From: Octopus vulgaris
Lineage: Eukaryota
Direction: 5' to 3'
Length of the DNA stretch: 64,000 nucleotides
Assembly: GCA_951406725.2 (NCBI GenBank)
Contig: OX597823.1
Location: 81,716,001 to 81,780,000, forward strand
Below, in pieces: positions 52,430-64,000 of this stretch (the stretch's first letter is position 1; every line of letters begins with the position of its first letter). The notes under the pieces are model-generated. The model had not been told where the DNA came from and did no database searches. It saw only the letters and a program-made list of their open reading frames with translations. The position numbers and the translations under genes are program-made.

Positions 52430-54034
52430 GTATGTATGTATGTATGTATGTATGTATGTATTTATGCATGTATGTATGTATGTATATATAATATTGATGT
52501 AATAATATTTAGAGATGAGAAGTTGGAAGAATAAGGAAGCAAATAAACCACATTTCTGTTTTTTCTGTGAACATCAAGTAAACAAGAAGAGGGCAAAATA
52601 TGATCAAATGTTTGCGTGATAGTTATGCTCTTAAAACATTCTTTAAACATCAATATTCATGATTAACATTGTGACTGAAATGCAATACGCTATGAAGTTT
52701 ACCTCACAAAACATAAACGAATAAAAATAAATATACTAGTAAATAAAAATAAAATGTAAACGAATGCACATACAAATAAATATATATGTATGTATATGTA
52801 TATATATATCTGAAATATATATGATAAATAATAATGTATATAAAGAAACAAAAATCAAAATCAAAAATATATAGACAAATAAATGAAAAGTTATAAAATA
52901 TATACAAACGAAAATAAAAATGAAACAAAAATAAAAATAAAAATAAAAATGAAAAATATAAGGCAAAATAAAATTCATAATTTTTTAGTTGTTTTTTAAA
53001 ATTATTTTACTTTTGCAAATCATCAAGAATTGTGCAAGAAAAAAAGAAAAAAAAGAAAAGAAATACAACAACGAAGTCTTACATCTTCGAATACATTGGT
53101 TTGAATTAACTGTGTTATTCCTGTATTCTTCATCTTGTTTCAGTCATTTGACTGTAGCCATGCTGGAGCACCATCCTGAAGGGTTTTTAGTCAAAGGAAT
53201 CGATGCCAGGGCTTATTCTTTGTGAGCCTATTACTTATTCTATTGGTCACTTTTGCTGAGCCACTAAGTTACGGGGACTTGAGCACATCAACATCAGTTG
53301 TTAAGCAATGGTAGAGGGACAAATACAGTCACAAAAACACACAGACAAGCACATGCATGCATGCGTGTACACACACATGATGGGCTTCGTTCATTTTCCA
53401 TGTACCAAATCCACTCACAAGGCTTTGGTCAGTCTGAAATTATTGTAGAAGACACTTGCCCAAGATGCCACGCCGTGGGAATGAACCCAGAACCATGTGG
53501 CTGGAAAGTAAGCTTCTTACCACACAGCTTTGAAAATTTTGGACTATATTATTTGTCTTTTTCCCTAAGGTAGAGAATCATTAGCAGAATCATTAGCGCA
53601 CAGGGTGAAATGCTTAGCGGTAATTCATCTGCTGCTACATTCTGATTTCATATTCCGCTGAGGTCAACTTTACCTTTCATCCTTTCAGGGTCGATAGATT
53701 GAGTACCAGTTTTGTACTGGGGTTGATGTAATCGACTGGCCCCCTCCCCTAAAATTCCAGGCCTGTGCCTATTGTAGAAAAGATTATATTTGTCTTTTAC
53801 ATTTCAATATTCCACCTATTTTTCATTTAGTCGTCTTTAAGAACCAGTCTATTCTAATATTTAAATATATTCCTAAATGAATTTGAACACAGAATCTAAG
53901 AATCTTTTGTACAATAGGCACACGGCCAGAAATTTTGTCAATGGGAATGGAAGCTTGTTGATAACATCGGCCCTAGAGCTCAACTGGTATTTATTTTAAT
54001 GACCCCAGAAGGAATTTATTTATTTATTAATTTT

Positions 54035-54162
54035 TTAAATACATATTTTACCTGTGAATTTGCGTGTGTAACCTGGGAATGCATACAATGAACTTCTCTG
54101 CCCTAGGTGTACAGAAAACATTCGGCCAGAAACGGAAGAAAATTTGAAGAAAGAAGGAAAAC

Positions 54163-54199
<37 letters not shown>

Positions 54200-54345
54200 T
54201 AATTGATGTCTTGCAAAAAGCAGCCTCATTGGGCAGAGCGCACATCTTAAGGAAAGTATTATCTGTCTGAGGTTCTTGTGACTTGATGGACGACTAAAGA
54301 CTCTGGAGCATTTTTACCTACACTGTGTTATGAAAGAATAATGAT
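54035..54345 (+). mobile_element. Two tandem R4/Dong 3' ends separated by (AAT)n
   Basis: 54035-54162 matches the 3' UTR at 30650-30800 (tgccctagg..cggc.agaaa.ggaag.aaatttgaa); 54205-54340 encodes LQKAASLGRAHILRKVLSV*. Confidence 0.75.
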
Positions 54346-54589
54346 AATAATGACAACGACGATGACAACGATGATGACGATGATGACAACAATGACGACA
54401 ACGACAAAGACAGTGATGACAATGACAATGATGAGGATGATAGCATTAGAAATAATATAATTTTCACCTCATCTTGGAGTGCACCCATCTATGGCAAATG
54501 ATTATGATTTTCCTGGTTTCTTGTTATATTAATATATGTCTGTTGTCTCTTCAGTTTATTATATAAATATGTTATAAATTGATTTGATA

Positions 54590-54810
54590 CCCAATCCATA
54601 AACACACTTCAACCACATGTGAATCGTTGGCGATTTTTTTCCTCCATCTTCCTTTTCTATTGGACTTTCCTCTGTTTCTGAAGAAGAGCTTTGCTCAAAA
54701 TGTTAAACCATCTTTCTTTCCTTCCTTGAGCATCTGCTAATACTTTATCATGTACCATGTTCTCACATTGTTGTTTTTTTGTATTTGTTCTGTGTTTTCT
54801 TTTATTTACT
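54590..54810 (+). mobile_element. Family E element, hammerhead at 54674-54708 with GAAA>AAAA
   Basis: GTTT-CTGAAGA-A-GAGC-ttt-GCTC-AAAA-TG-TT-AAAC. Confidence 0.7.
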
Positions 54811-55349
54811 ATGTATGTATATACACACACACACATACACATATACATACATATATTAATACATATATACATATACATACATACATACATACATACATAC
54901 ATACATACATACATACATACATACATACACACACTCCATATATATATATATATGTCATTTTTTTTTTACTTGTTTCAGTCATTAGACTGTGGCCATGCTG
55001 GGGCACCACCTTTGAAGAAGTTTTAGTTAAATAAATCACACCTAGTACTTATTTTCTTTTTTTTAAGCCTGGTACTTATTCTATTGGCCTCTTTTGCTGA
55101 ACCGTTAAGTTACAAGGACATAAACACACCAACACTGTCAACCAGTGGTGAGGGACAAACACAGATACAAAGAGATACACGCACACCCGACAGGCTTCTT
55201 TCAGTTTCTGTCTACCAAATCCACTCAGAAGGGTTTGGTTGGCCCAAAGCAACAGTAGAAAACACTTGCCCAAGGTGCCACACAGTGGCACTGAACCCGG
55301 AACCAAGTGGTTGGGAAGCAATCTTCTTATCACCTAGCCACACCTATAT

Positions 55350-55592
55350 GTCATCATCATCATTGTTCGACCATGGTCGAGACAATGGAATTTACTATGT
55401 TACGCCAGGCTTCACAGTTCATCATAGCATTACGGAGGTCCTGTTGCTGGATGCCTGTATCCTTGGAGATTACATCAGGGTAGGAGAGTGTGCACCCTCT
55501 GGTATCGCGAGCAGATGGCTTCCAGGGGAGAAGAGTAGAAATTACCTTGATTTCAGCTCTACAACAATGTCCAGCAAATTGGACTCTTCTAC
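55350..55592 (-). mobile_element. RTE-type LINE 3' end
   Basis: RRVQFAGHCCRA..LLPWKP...YPDVISKDTG...AMMNCEAWR; (TGA)n tail. Confidence 0.75.
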
Positions 55593-56715
55593 CTATATGT
55601 ATGTATGTATGCATGTATGTATGTATGTATATGTATGTATGTATGTATGTATGTACGTATGTATGTAAGTATGTATGTTTGTATGTATGTAGGTATGTAT
55701 GTTTGTATGTATGTATGTATGCTTGTATGTGTGTATGTGTGTATGTATGTATGTTTGTATGTTATGTAAATATGTATGTATGTTTGTATGTATGTATGTA
55801 TGTATGTATGTATGTATGTTTGTATGTATGTATGTATGTATGTATGTGTGTGTGTGTATGTATGTATGTACGTATGTATGTATGTATAGAGGCATGTATG
55901 TATGTACATATGTATGTACGTATGTATGTATGTATGTATGTATGTATATTTGTATGTATGTATGTATGTATGTATGTATGTATGTATGTATGTATGTATG
56001 TATGTGTGTATGTATGAACATGAATTATTCAAACAATAAAACACCAATAAATCTGCAACAAATTTCAGATATTCTAATTGCTTCTATGAAACAATGTTGT
56101 CCAAACATAAAGAATCCTCAGTGCTTGCCCAAACTTTCGATTTTTTGCCCTTTTTTCTTCCTGTAAGAACATAGTATTAGTATTTGGTGCCTGAAGAACT
56201 ATTAACAATAAGTATTATATAGTGTTAAGTGAAGTGAAACAACTACTAGTGGGAATTGAATGCCAATCAGCTTCTCGGTTCAGTGAACTTGGTTTAGTAC
56301 CTGTTTCTTGATACAATGATATTGATTATGTATTTTTGGAGGTCAAAGGCTATCCAATATTTTGTGAGTCATATATAACAATCGGTTGGTCATATTTGAA
56401 AGAAATTGGTCAGTTGGAAAAATTGTATTATAATATATAGGTCAGTATTGTTGTGAATAGATCAGATGTTATACTGTATAACTATGCTGTTTTTTGTTGT
56501 TGTTGCTGTTGTTATTTAGCTTCATCTCAGTCCTTCACAAACAAAAGTGTTCTGGTTATAACCGTCCCATCTTTTTTTATAGCTACATTACTGAATGTGT
56601 CCTTCCTTTATCGAGACATTAAGGTATGATTACAGCGAGATTTGGTTGCTATTTCTAGCAGTCCAGATGTGCCTGTAGGGTGGTGTTTCCCAACATTTTG
56701 GTATGTCTAGCACCC

Positions 56716-56911
56716 AAAGTCGATCTCGGCGGAATTTGAACCGTTACGTTCTGAGTTCAAATTCTGCCGAGGTCGACTTTGCCTTTCATCCTTTCGCGGT
56801 CAATAAATAAAGTACCAGTTACGCACTGGGGTCGATGTAATCGACTTAATCCGTTTGTCTGTCCTTGTTTGTCTCCTCTGTGTTTGTCCCCTTGTAAGAG
56901 GTAAAGAAATA
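56716..56911 (+). mobile_element. 5'-truncated Meta-type SINE with fold-back 5' end and 16-bp TSD
   Basis: TSD ggtatgtctagcaccc at 56700-56715 and 56912-56927. Confidence 0.9.
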
Positions 56912-57404
56912 GGTATGTCTAGCACCCTTCTGATGACAAGATGAATTAAGTAGGATTCCTTGCATCCATCCTTAATGCTATGGTAATTTAAAAAGTGATG
57001 ATCAGATATCTGGAAAATTCAGTTATCCAGCAACACTCTGGTATCATTGGTGCTGGACAGGAGGGAGTTTATTGTAGATTAAATCAAGGTTTCTCAAACT
57101 GACATTTATCAAGCTTTTCCCTTCCAATAATAGTGAAATGGCTGGACTGGCTCCTGTGCAGGTGGTATGTAAAAAACACTATTTGAGCATGGATGTTGCC
57201 AGTACTGCCTGACTGGCCCTCGTACTGGTGGTATGTAAAAGCACCCACTACACTCTCAGAGTGGTTGGTGTTAGGAAGGGCATCCATCTGTAGAAACTCT
57301 GCCAGATCAGATGGTGCAGCCATCTGGTTCGCCAGTCCTCAGTCAAATTGTCCAACCCATGCTAGCATGGAAAGTGGACGTTAAACGATGATGATGATGT
57401 CTTT

Positions 57405-58425
57405 AAGGTGGTGACCTGGCAGAATTGCTTCCATGCTGGACGAAACACTTAGCAACATTTTTGTGGACTCTACGATCTCTGTTCAAATTTCACTGGGGTC
57501 AGTTTTGTCTTTCATCCTTCCAGGGTCGATAAAATAAGTACCAGCTGAGCACTGGGGTCAATGTGATCAGCTTATCACCTTCCTCACCCCAGAATTGCTG
57601 GCCTTGTGCCAAAATTTGCAACCAATATTAGGGAAATATTTATAAGGTGGCAAGCTGGTAGAATTGACACTGCACCGGACATAGTATTTAGTAGCATTTC
57701 TTCCTACTCTTCATTCTGAGATCAAATTCTATCTGGGTTGACTAATCCTTTTCATCCTTTTCAGATCGATAAAATAAGTATCAGTTGAATACTGGGGTTG
57801 ACGTAATCGACTTGTCTCCTCTCCCAAAGTTTGAAATCTCTATAAGCAAAATATTTTGTCCTTTTCTCTTTTATCCAAAAAGAACACAAAATAGCATTTG
57901 CATCTGATAATTTTTTCTTTGCCTTGGTTTTGGACAAATTAAAAAAGTTTAAAACTATCTTACTATCTTTTTCTATATCTTACAAGGTGGTGAGCTGGCA
58001 GAAACATTAGGACGCCGGGCGAAATGCTTAGCAGCATTTTAAAAAAATTTCATCTGCCACTACGTTCTGAGTTCAAATTCCGCTGAGGTCGACTTTGCCT
58101 TTCATCCTTTTGGGGTCGATTAAATAAATACCAATTATGTACTGGGGTCGATATAATCGACTTAATCCCTTTGTCTGTCCTTGTTTGTCTCCTCTGTGTG
58201 TAGCCCCTTGTTGGTAGTAAAGAAATAAGAAACATTAGAATGCCGGGTGAAATGCTTAGCAGTATTTTGTGTCTTTATATTCTGAGTTCAAATTCCACCA
58301 AGGTCATCTTTGCCTTTCATCCTTTCAGGGTCGATAAATTAGGTACCAGTTGCATACTGGGTCGATCTAATTGACTCAATTTCTCTTCCAAAATTTTGGG
58401 CCTTGTGCCTAGTGTAGAAAAGAAT
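57405..58425 (+). mobile_element. Cluster of four co-oriented Meta-type SINEs
   Basis: Heads at ~57405, 57643, 57983 and a truncated one at 58230. Confidence 0.85.
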
Positions 58426-58445
58426 ATCTCTATATCTTACATTTA

Positions 58446-58777
58446 TCCCAGGTATGTGACAACTATATTTATATGGTTTATTTATCTATTTATTAATTTT
58501 TTACATCTATCTCTATTTCTCATAAGTATCACAGGTAAGTCCATATATGTCTATTGTGTGTGTATTACCTTGTATATTTCTGTGTATTATTTACAATTTT
58601 TTTTTGCTAAAGACAGAAGAGATGAAAAGAGAGAGGAAATAAATTCATAAATAACACGCAATCCACTTACCTATGATACTTACGAGAAATAGAGACAGAG
58701 GTATAAAATAATAAATAGATAAATATATAAATAGATAAATAAACAAATATATCAATATATTTGTCACATACCTGGGG
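58446..58777. mobile_element. TA-flanked MITE with ~95-110-bp imperfect TIRs
   Basis: TA|tcccaggtatgtgacaa...ctcataagtatcacaggtaagt versus acttacctatgatacttacgag...ttgtcacatacctgggg|TA. Confidence 0.8.
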
Positions 58778-58912
58778 TATCTTTTTATCTTAATATCTTA
58801 ATTATTAAATGTAAAGCTAGCTTAATTCTATTGAATACAGCAATTTTACTGAATCGCCTCAATCCTCCATTGCTCTTTTATCATGATAAACAATCAGAGG
58901 TACTGTTCAAAT

Positions 58913-59509
58913 ATTCTTTTATTCTTCTACTTGATTCAGTCATTTGACTGTGGTCATGCTGGGGCACCACCTTGAAGAGTTTTAGTCAAATGTATTGACA
59001 CCCAGTACTAGCTTGGTACTTATTCTATTTGTATCTTTTGTTGAACTGCTAAATTATGGAATCATAAACATAAGTAAGCGTAGGAGTGGCTGTGTGGTAA
59101 GTAGCTTCCTTACCAACCACATGGTTCCGGGTTCAGTCCCACTGCGTGGCACCTTGGCCAAGTGTCTTCTACTATAGCCTCGGGCGCTAACCAAAGCCTT
59201 GTGAGTGGATTTGGTAGACAGAAACTGAAAGAATCCCTTCGTATATATGTATATGTATATATGTATGTGTGTGTGTTTATGTTTGTGCGTCTGTGTTTGT
59301 CCCCCTAACATCGTTTGGTGTGTTTACGTTCCCGTAACTTAGCGTTTCGGCCAAAGAGACCGATAGAATAAGTACTAGGCTTACAAAGAATAAGTCCTGG
59401 GGTCGATTTGCTCAACTAAAGGTGGTGCTCCAGCATGGCCACAGTCAAATGACTGAAACAAGTAAAAAAAAAAATACCAACACTGATTGTCAAGCGGCAG
59501 CTGGGGAAT

Positions 59510-59545
<36 letters not shown>

Positions 59546-60143
59546 AATTGGCTTCTTTCAGTTTCTTATTTCTTTACTACCCACAAGGGGCTAAACATAG
59601 AGGGGACAAACAAGGACAGACAAAGGGATTAAGTCAATTACATCGACCCAGTATGCAACTGGTACTTAAATTTATCGACCCCGAAAGGATGAAAGGCAAA
59701 GTCGACCTCGGCAGAATTTGAACTCAGAATGTAACGGCAGATGAAATACCTATTTCTTTACTACCCACAAGGAGCTAAACACAGAGAGGACAAACAAGGA
59801 TAGACAAATGGATTAAGTCGATTATATCGACCCCAGTGCGTAACTGGTACTTAATTTATCGATCCCGAAAGGATGAAAGGCAAAGTCGACCTCGGCTGAA
59901 TTTGAACTCAGAACGTAACGGCAGACAAAATACTGCTAAGCATTTCGCCTGGCTTGCTAACGTTTCTGCCAACTCAACGCCTTAGTCTTCTTTCAGTTTC
60001 TGCCTACCAAATCCACTTACAAGGTTTTGGTTAGCCCAAGGCTATAGCAGAAGACATTTGCTCAAGGTGGCACACAGTAGGACTGAACCTGGAACTATGT
60101 GATCAGAAAGCAAACTTCTTACCACACAGCCATGTCTGCACCT
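58913..60143 (-). mobile_element. Nested SINEs: family A (-) host containing family A (+, 59073-59473) and a family B tandem (-, 59566-59984)
   Basis: Host resumes at 59475 and 59988; TSD cttctttcagtttc around the B insertion. Confidence 0.85.
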
Positions 60144-60404
60144 ATACTATATTGAATTATGTTAGTCAAATGTTATACACCATGGGTCATGCGTTGTCTA
60201 TGCAGGTTATTGACCACAAGCAAGATGGTTGGATAACATCTATGAGCTTACTTAGTCTCACTTGGGAATCCAGCTGGATCAGTCAGAAAGGGTTGCTTCT
60301 GACAGGACCTGATGGAATAAGTGGGTGAAGAAGATGAGATGAGAACCCTTTTGATATCTTCTTCAAACTTCTCCTACTTCTGTGATACAAACTTTCTGCT
60401 TTAA

Positions 60405-60623
60405 CCTTTAGCATTCAGATTACTCTGTCAAATCTAATACTTATTTATTCATGTTATTTTGAATTAATCATACATTATCTCATAGCTTTGAGGTTTCAAT
60501 GATGTGATTATTTAGTTTTAGAATGATATTTTAGGGTAGGTGTGAGAGGTTGGATCTAGTCAGTTTGAACATAAAACAGATAGAATAATTTGGCCTGATA
60601 TGGTCAGTTTAAATGCCAAAAGG
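60405..60623 (+). mobile_element. piggyBac-type MITE (copy 2)
   Basis: TTAA|cctttagcatt ... aatgccaaaagg|TTAA. Confidence 0.8.
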
Positions 60624-62603
60624 TTAAAGTGATCTAAATTAAAAACCTCTTTTGTAAGTCCAGTCATTAAATTCTCATTGGTAGTGTACAATATTTGGTC
60701 GACTATGAGTGATAATGAGAAAGGCTACATTAATATTTATATAAATTTCTATGTTTTTTTCATTATACGAACATTGGCATTTACATATGTGCAACAGTTG
60801 TTTGAATAAAACAGCAGACATGAGAGAGTCAATGTGATATTAAATGTCTCCATTGCATAAAATATTTTGGTTGTTTATATGGAAATTATTCATGGTTATT
60901 AAAGACAGAATAAATTGAAAGAGTGACAACACCTTATCACAAAACTGACCAACAGAGTTCTCTATTTGACAAGTTGTAGTGCACCTGAGCACTGTACACA
61001 ATAATTTCATTATTATTATAGCATCTGTGGTTGTTCAGTTTGGGAGTTCAATATCCCAGTTTTTTATATCATTTAGTCAACCGTCTGGAACTTTTGGTAG
61101 AACTTATTCAGTGGAAAAATTCAAATAAAATACGTTCAAGTCTCCTGTTTATTTGGTTATACACTGGCTGATCTGATTCCCTGAACAATGTTTATGTAGG
61201 CATTCATGCCTTTTATAGCAATACAGTTAACATCTCATGGCTGATCTTGCCTTTTGTTGCAATATAATTAGACAAGGGTCCTAAACTGGAGAATCTGAGC
61301 AACATGGTGAAGCTTCACCAACCTTCTCTTTTGCTCTTTTACCTGTTTCAGTCATTTGACTGCGGCCATGCTGGAGCACCACCTTTAGTCGAGCAAATGG
61401 ACCCCAGGAATTATTCTTTGTAAGCCTAGTACTTATTCTATCGGTCTCTTTTGCTGAACCGCTAAGTTACGGGGATGTAAACACACTAGCATCGGTTGTC
61501 AAGCAATTCAAACACAGACACACAAAGATATACACACACACACATACATACATACATATACATATATATACATATGATGTGTGGGCTTCTTTCAGTTTCC
61601 GTCTACCAAATCCACTCACAAGGCTTTGGTTGGCCCGAAGCTATAGTAGAAGACACTTGCCCAAGCTGCCACGCAGTGGGACTGAACCTAGAACCATGTG
61701 GTTGGTAAGCAAGCTACTTACCACACAGCCACTCGTGCACTTGTTAAAATTTTATATTAATTTATATTTCAGACACCAGCTTAATGATAACAAAGTTGTT
61801 TTACTAAATTACTTGAAACAATTGTAGTGTGCTTCAACAGTTCAACAGAAATATGGTAACAAAAGGGGTTAAATTGCCAATGTAAATGTTACTAATCATT
61901 ATAAGCATAAATTTGAGACAGCAAAAGGTGACTTATTCCATGTATCAATTATTGTCTGAAGGTATGTGTTACCTATTATGTAACAATTTGTGTCATCCCA
62001 ACTTCTCACATTTGATGCTATAAATAATTTTTGGTATTTTTAACTGTAATAGTGTAATTTATAGAGAATGAAAAAGAGAGAAAGAGAGACAGACAGACAG
62101 ACTGATTGAGAGAGAGATTGGAAGTTATGTTAAATTGTAAGTGTCCTTTGTCAAGGTCATTAACCATTTAACCCCTACAGCACCTTAAATTACTAGCATG
62201 CAGAGAAAATCAATAATGTTATCACCCAATGAATAACCAATAGATACTGTAGCTTGAATTCCATCAATGGTTATCTTTCTCTTAATTGTCTCAAATTTGT
62301 GGTTTGAAAATCTAATAATCTGAAAGTTACGTGTTTTACTGAATAAATATGATATTGGTTATATAGGTCAGGTGTTTTAATGTGGAAGTCACCTTTTGTA
62401 ATGTCAGACGTTGACAATGTAGTATTACGTATACAAAAAAAAAAAAAAAGACAGGGTGGTTGTGGTTGGAACATCTTTGATTCCATTGGTCTGTTTAGTC
62501 ATGGCAGGATATGGAGCTAAGCAGTAACATCAACAATAACAACAGCAACATCACATTTATATGGTACTATATCTGATCTTCTTCCTGCAATACACTATAT
62601 AGA

Positions 62604-63195
62604 ATCATCATCATCATCATCACCGTTTAACGTCCGTTTTCCATGCTAGCATAGGTTGAACGGTTCAACTGGGATCTGGGAAGCCAGGAGGTTGCACCAG
62701 GCTCCCGTTTGATCTGGCAGTGTTTCTACAGCTGGATGCCCTTCCTAATGCCAACCACTCCATGAGTGTAGTGGGTGCTTTTTACGTGCCACTGGCACAG
62801 GTGCCAGGGGAGGCTGGCACTGGCCATGATTGGTTGGTGCTTTTTATGTGCCACCAGCCCAGAAGCTAGCCAAGGCAGTGCTGGCATCGGCCACGTTCAG
62901 ATGGTGCTTTTTATGTGCCACCGGCACAGGTATCACAACTACAATTTCCATTTGATATTTATTTTGATGTTGATGTACTTGACTCACTAGGTCTCCTCAA
63001 GCACACCAGGTCACCCTATGATCCAAGGTAAGCACAGCAGGCCATTCTGCGATCCAAGGTACTTTGGATGGGCTGGGGCTGCTATGTGAAACTGGTGCAA
63101 GAAACAGCCATGAACTCACGTTATTTGTCAGGTCTTTGCAATCATAGCATATCTCCAGAGATCTCGGTCTTTTTTCATTGCCTTTGTGAGGCTCG
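62604..63195 (-). mobile_element. RTE LINE 3' end (family C)
   Basis: Colinear with 10490-11150. Confidence 0.85.
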
Positions 63196-64000
63196 TATCT
63201 TTAATTTTTTTTTTAGCCAACACTATAGACATGTTCTGTAGTACACTATAGCAATGAAATGGAACAGAGTTAATACACAAGTAAGTTTCGTTTCACTATG
63301 AAGTTGATCCATCCAAATTAGATGTACTGTATATACATCAGATGTATTTTATAAGTCAGATGGTTTTTTGTGTGTAGGTAAGAGACTTATTGTGTAATTG
63401 AGGAAGTAAACTTTAATTCTTAACTGCCATTGAGACACAGTACTTCACAGAACTGCATCAGTTAGTCAGTCCTGAAATGCATGATATCACAAGAATCATA
63501 CTAGCCTTACTTACATTCATTTTGAAAGAAATTAGGAAGTCTCTTATGTAATGGAGAAAACTCTGATCCCTTCATCTGCCATTCATTTCTGTTTTGCAAT
63601 AGAATAATTATGGGACTGGTAAGGTAAGGTAAAGTTTCCTTTTCAAGTCGTACCAACTCACAAGGGCTGGTTTCCTAGATTCCGTGGCATATCTTTTACC
63701 TCCACCTGGATGGAACAATGGTTTGTCACAGGATTACTCATTTTTGCCAACCGAGTGGACTGAAGCAATGTGAAATGAAATGTTTTGTTCAAGAACAACA
63801 TGTTGCCTGGTCCAGGAATTGAAACCACAATCTTATGCTCACAAGTCCAACATTCTAACCACTAAGCCACATACCTCCACTTATGGGATTGGGCTTTTGA
63901 CTGAGAAGATTTTCAACAGCTCTAATACTGTGGATATGTAATTTTATATGCTGCTAGAATGTATCACAAGGTGGATTCTTCTAGCCAAGCCAAATGGCAG

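Noticed and set aside
58520-58545. Strong splice donor CAG|gtaagt
   Set aside because: Part of a MITE inverted repeat, mirrored at ~58666.
62271-62486. 71-aa minus-strand ORF
   Set aside because: Contains a poly-T-derived tract and shows no recognisable domain or clear splice sites.

Overview
AT-rich, microsatellite-dense eukaryotic (metazoan) DNA, not prokaryotic. The repeat landscape (tRNA-headed CORE-type and Meta-type SINEs, RTE, CR1, R4/Dong, Penelope, Tc1/mariner, piggyBac and Helitron remnants) suggests an octopus/cephalopod genome; this is my inference. Nearly all listed ORFs are microsatellite read-throughs or transposon remnants. The only credible host-gene signal is a + strand terminal exon (51377-51478) encoding a basic-then-hydrophobic tail anchor, plus a few weak exon candidates. 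The most interesting structure is a set of minimal type I hammerhead ribozyme motifs in at least three short non-coding repeat families. One of these sits downstream of a tRNA-derived Pol III head (an Sm-alpha/retrozyme-like design) that was later interrupted by a (TAA)n-targeting R4/Dong element. Also noted: fold-back palindromes of Penelope-like termini, a five-fold STAT/kB-like motif cluster, a four-decamer p53-type site, a 107-bp tandem array and nested SINE insertions with TSDs. Coordinates were read by eye; repeat boundaries are approximate.
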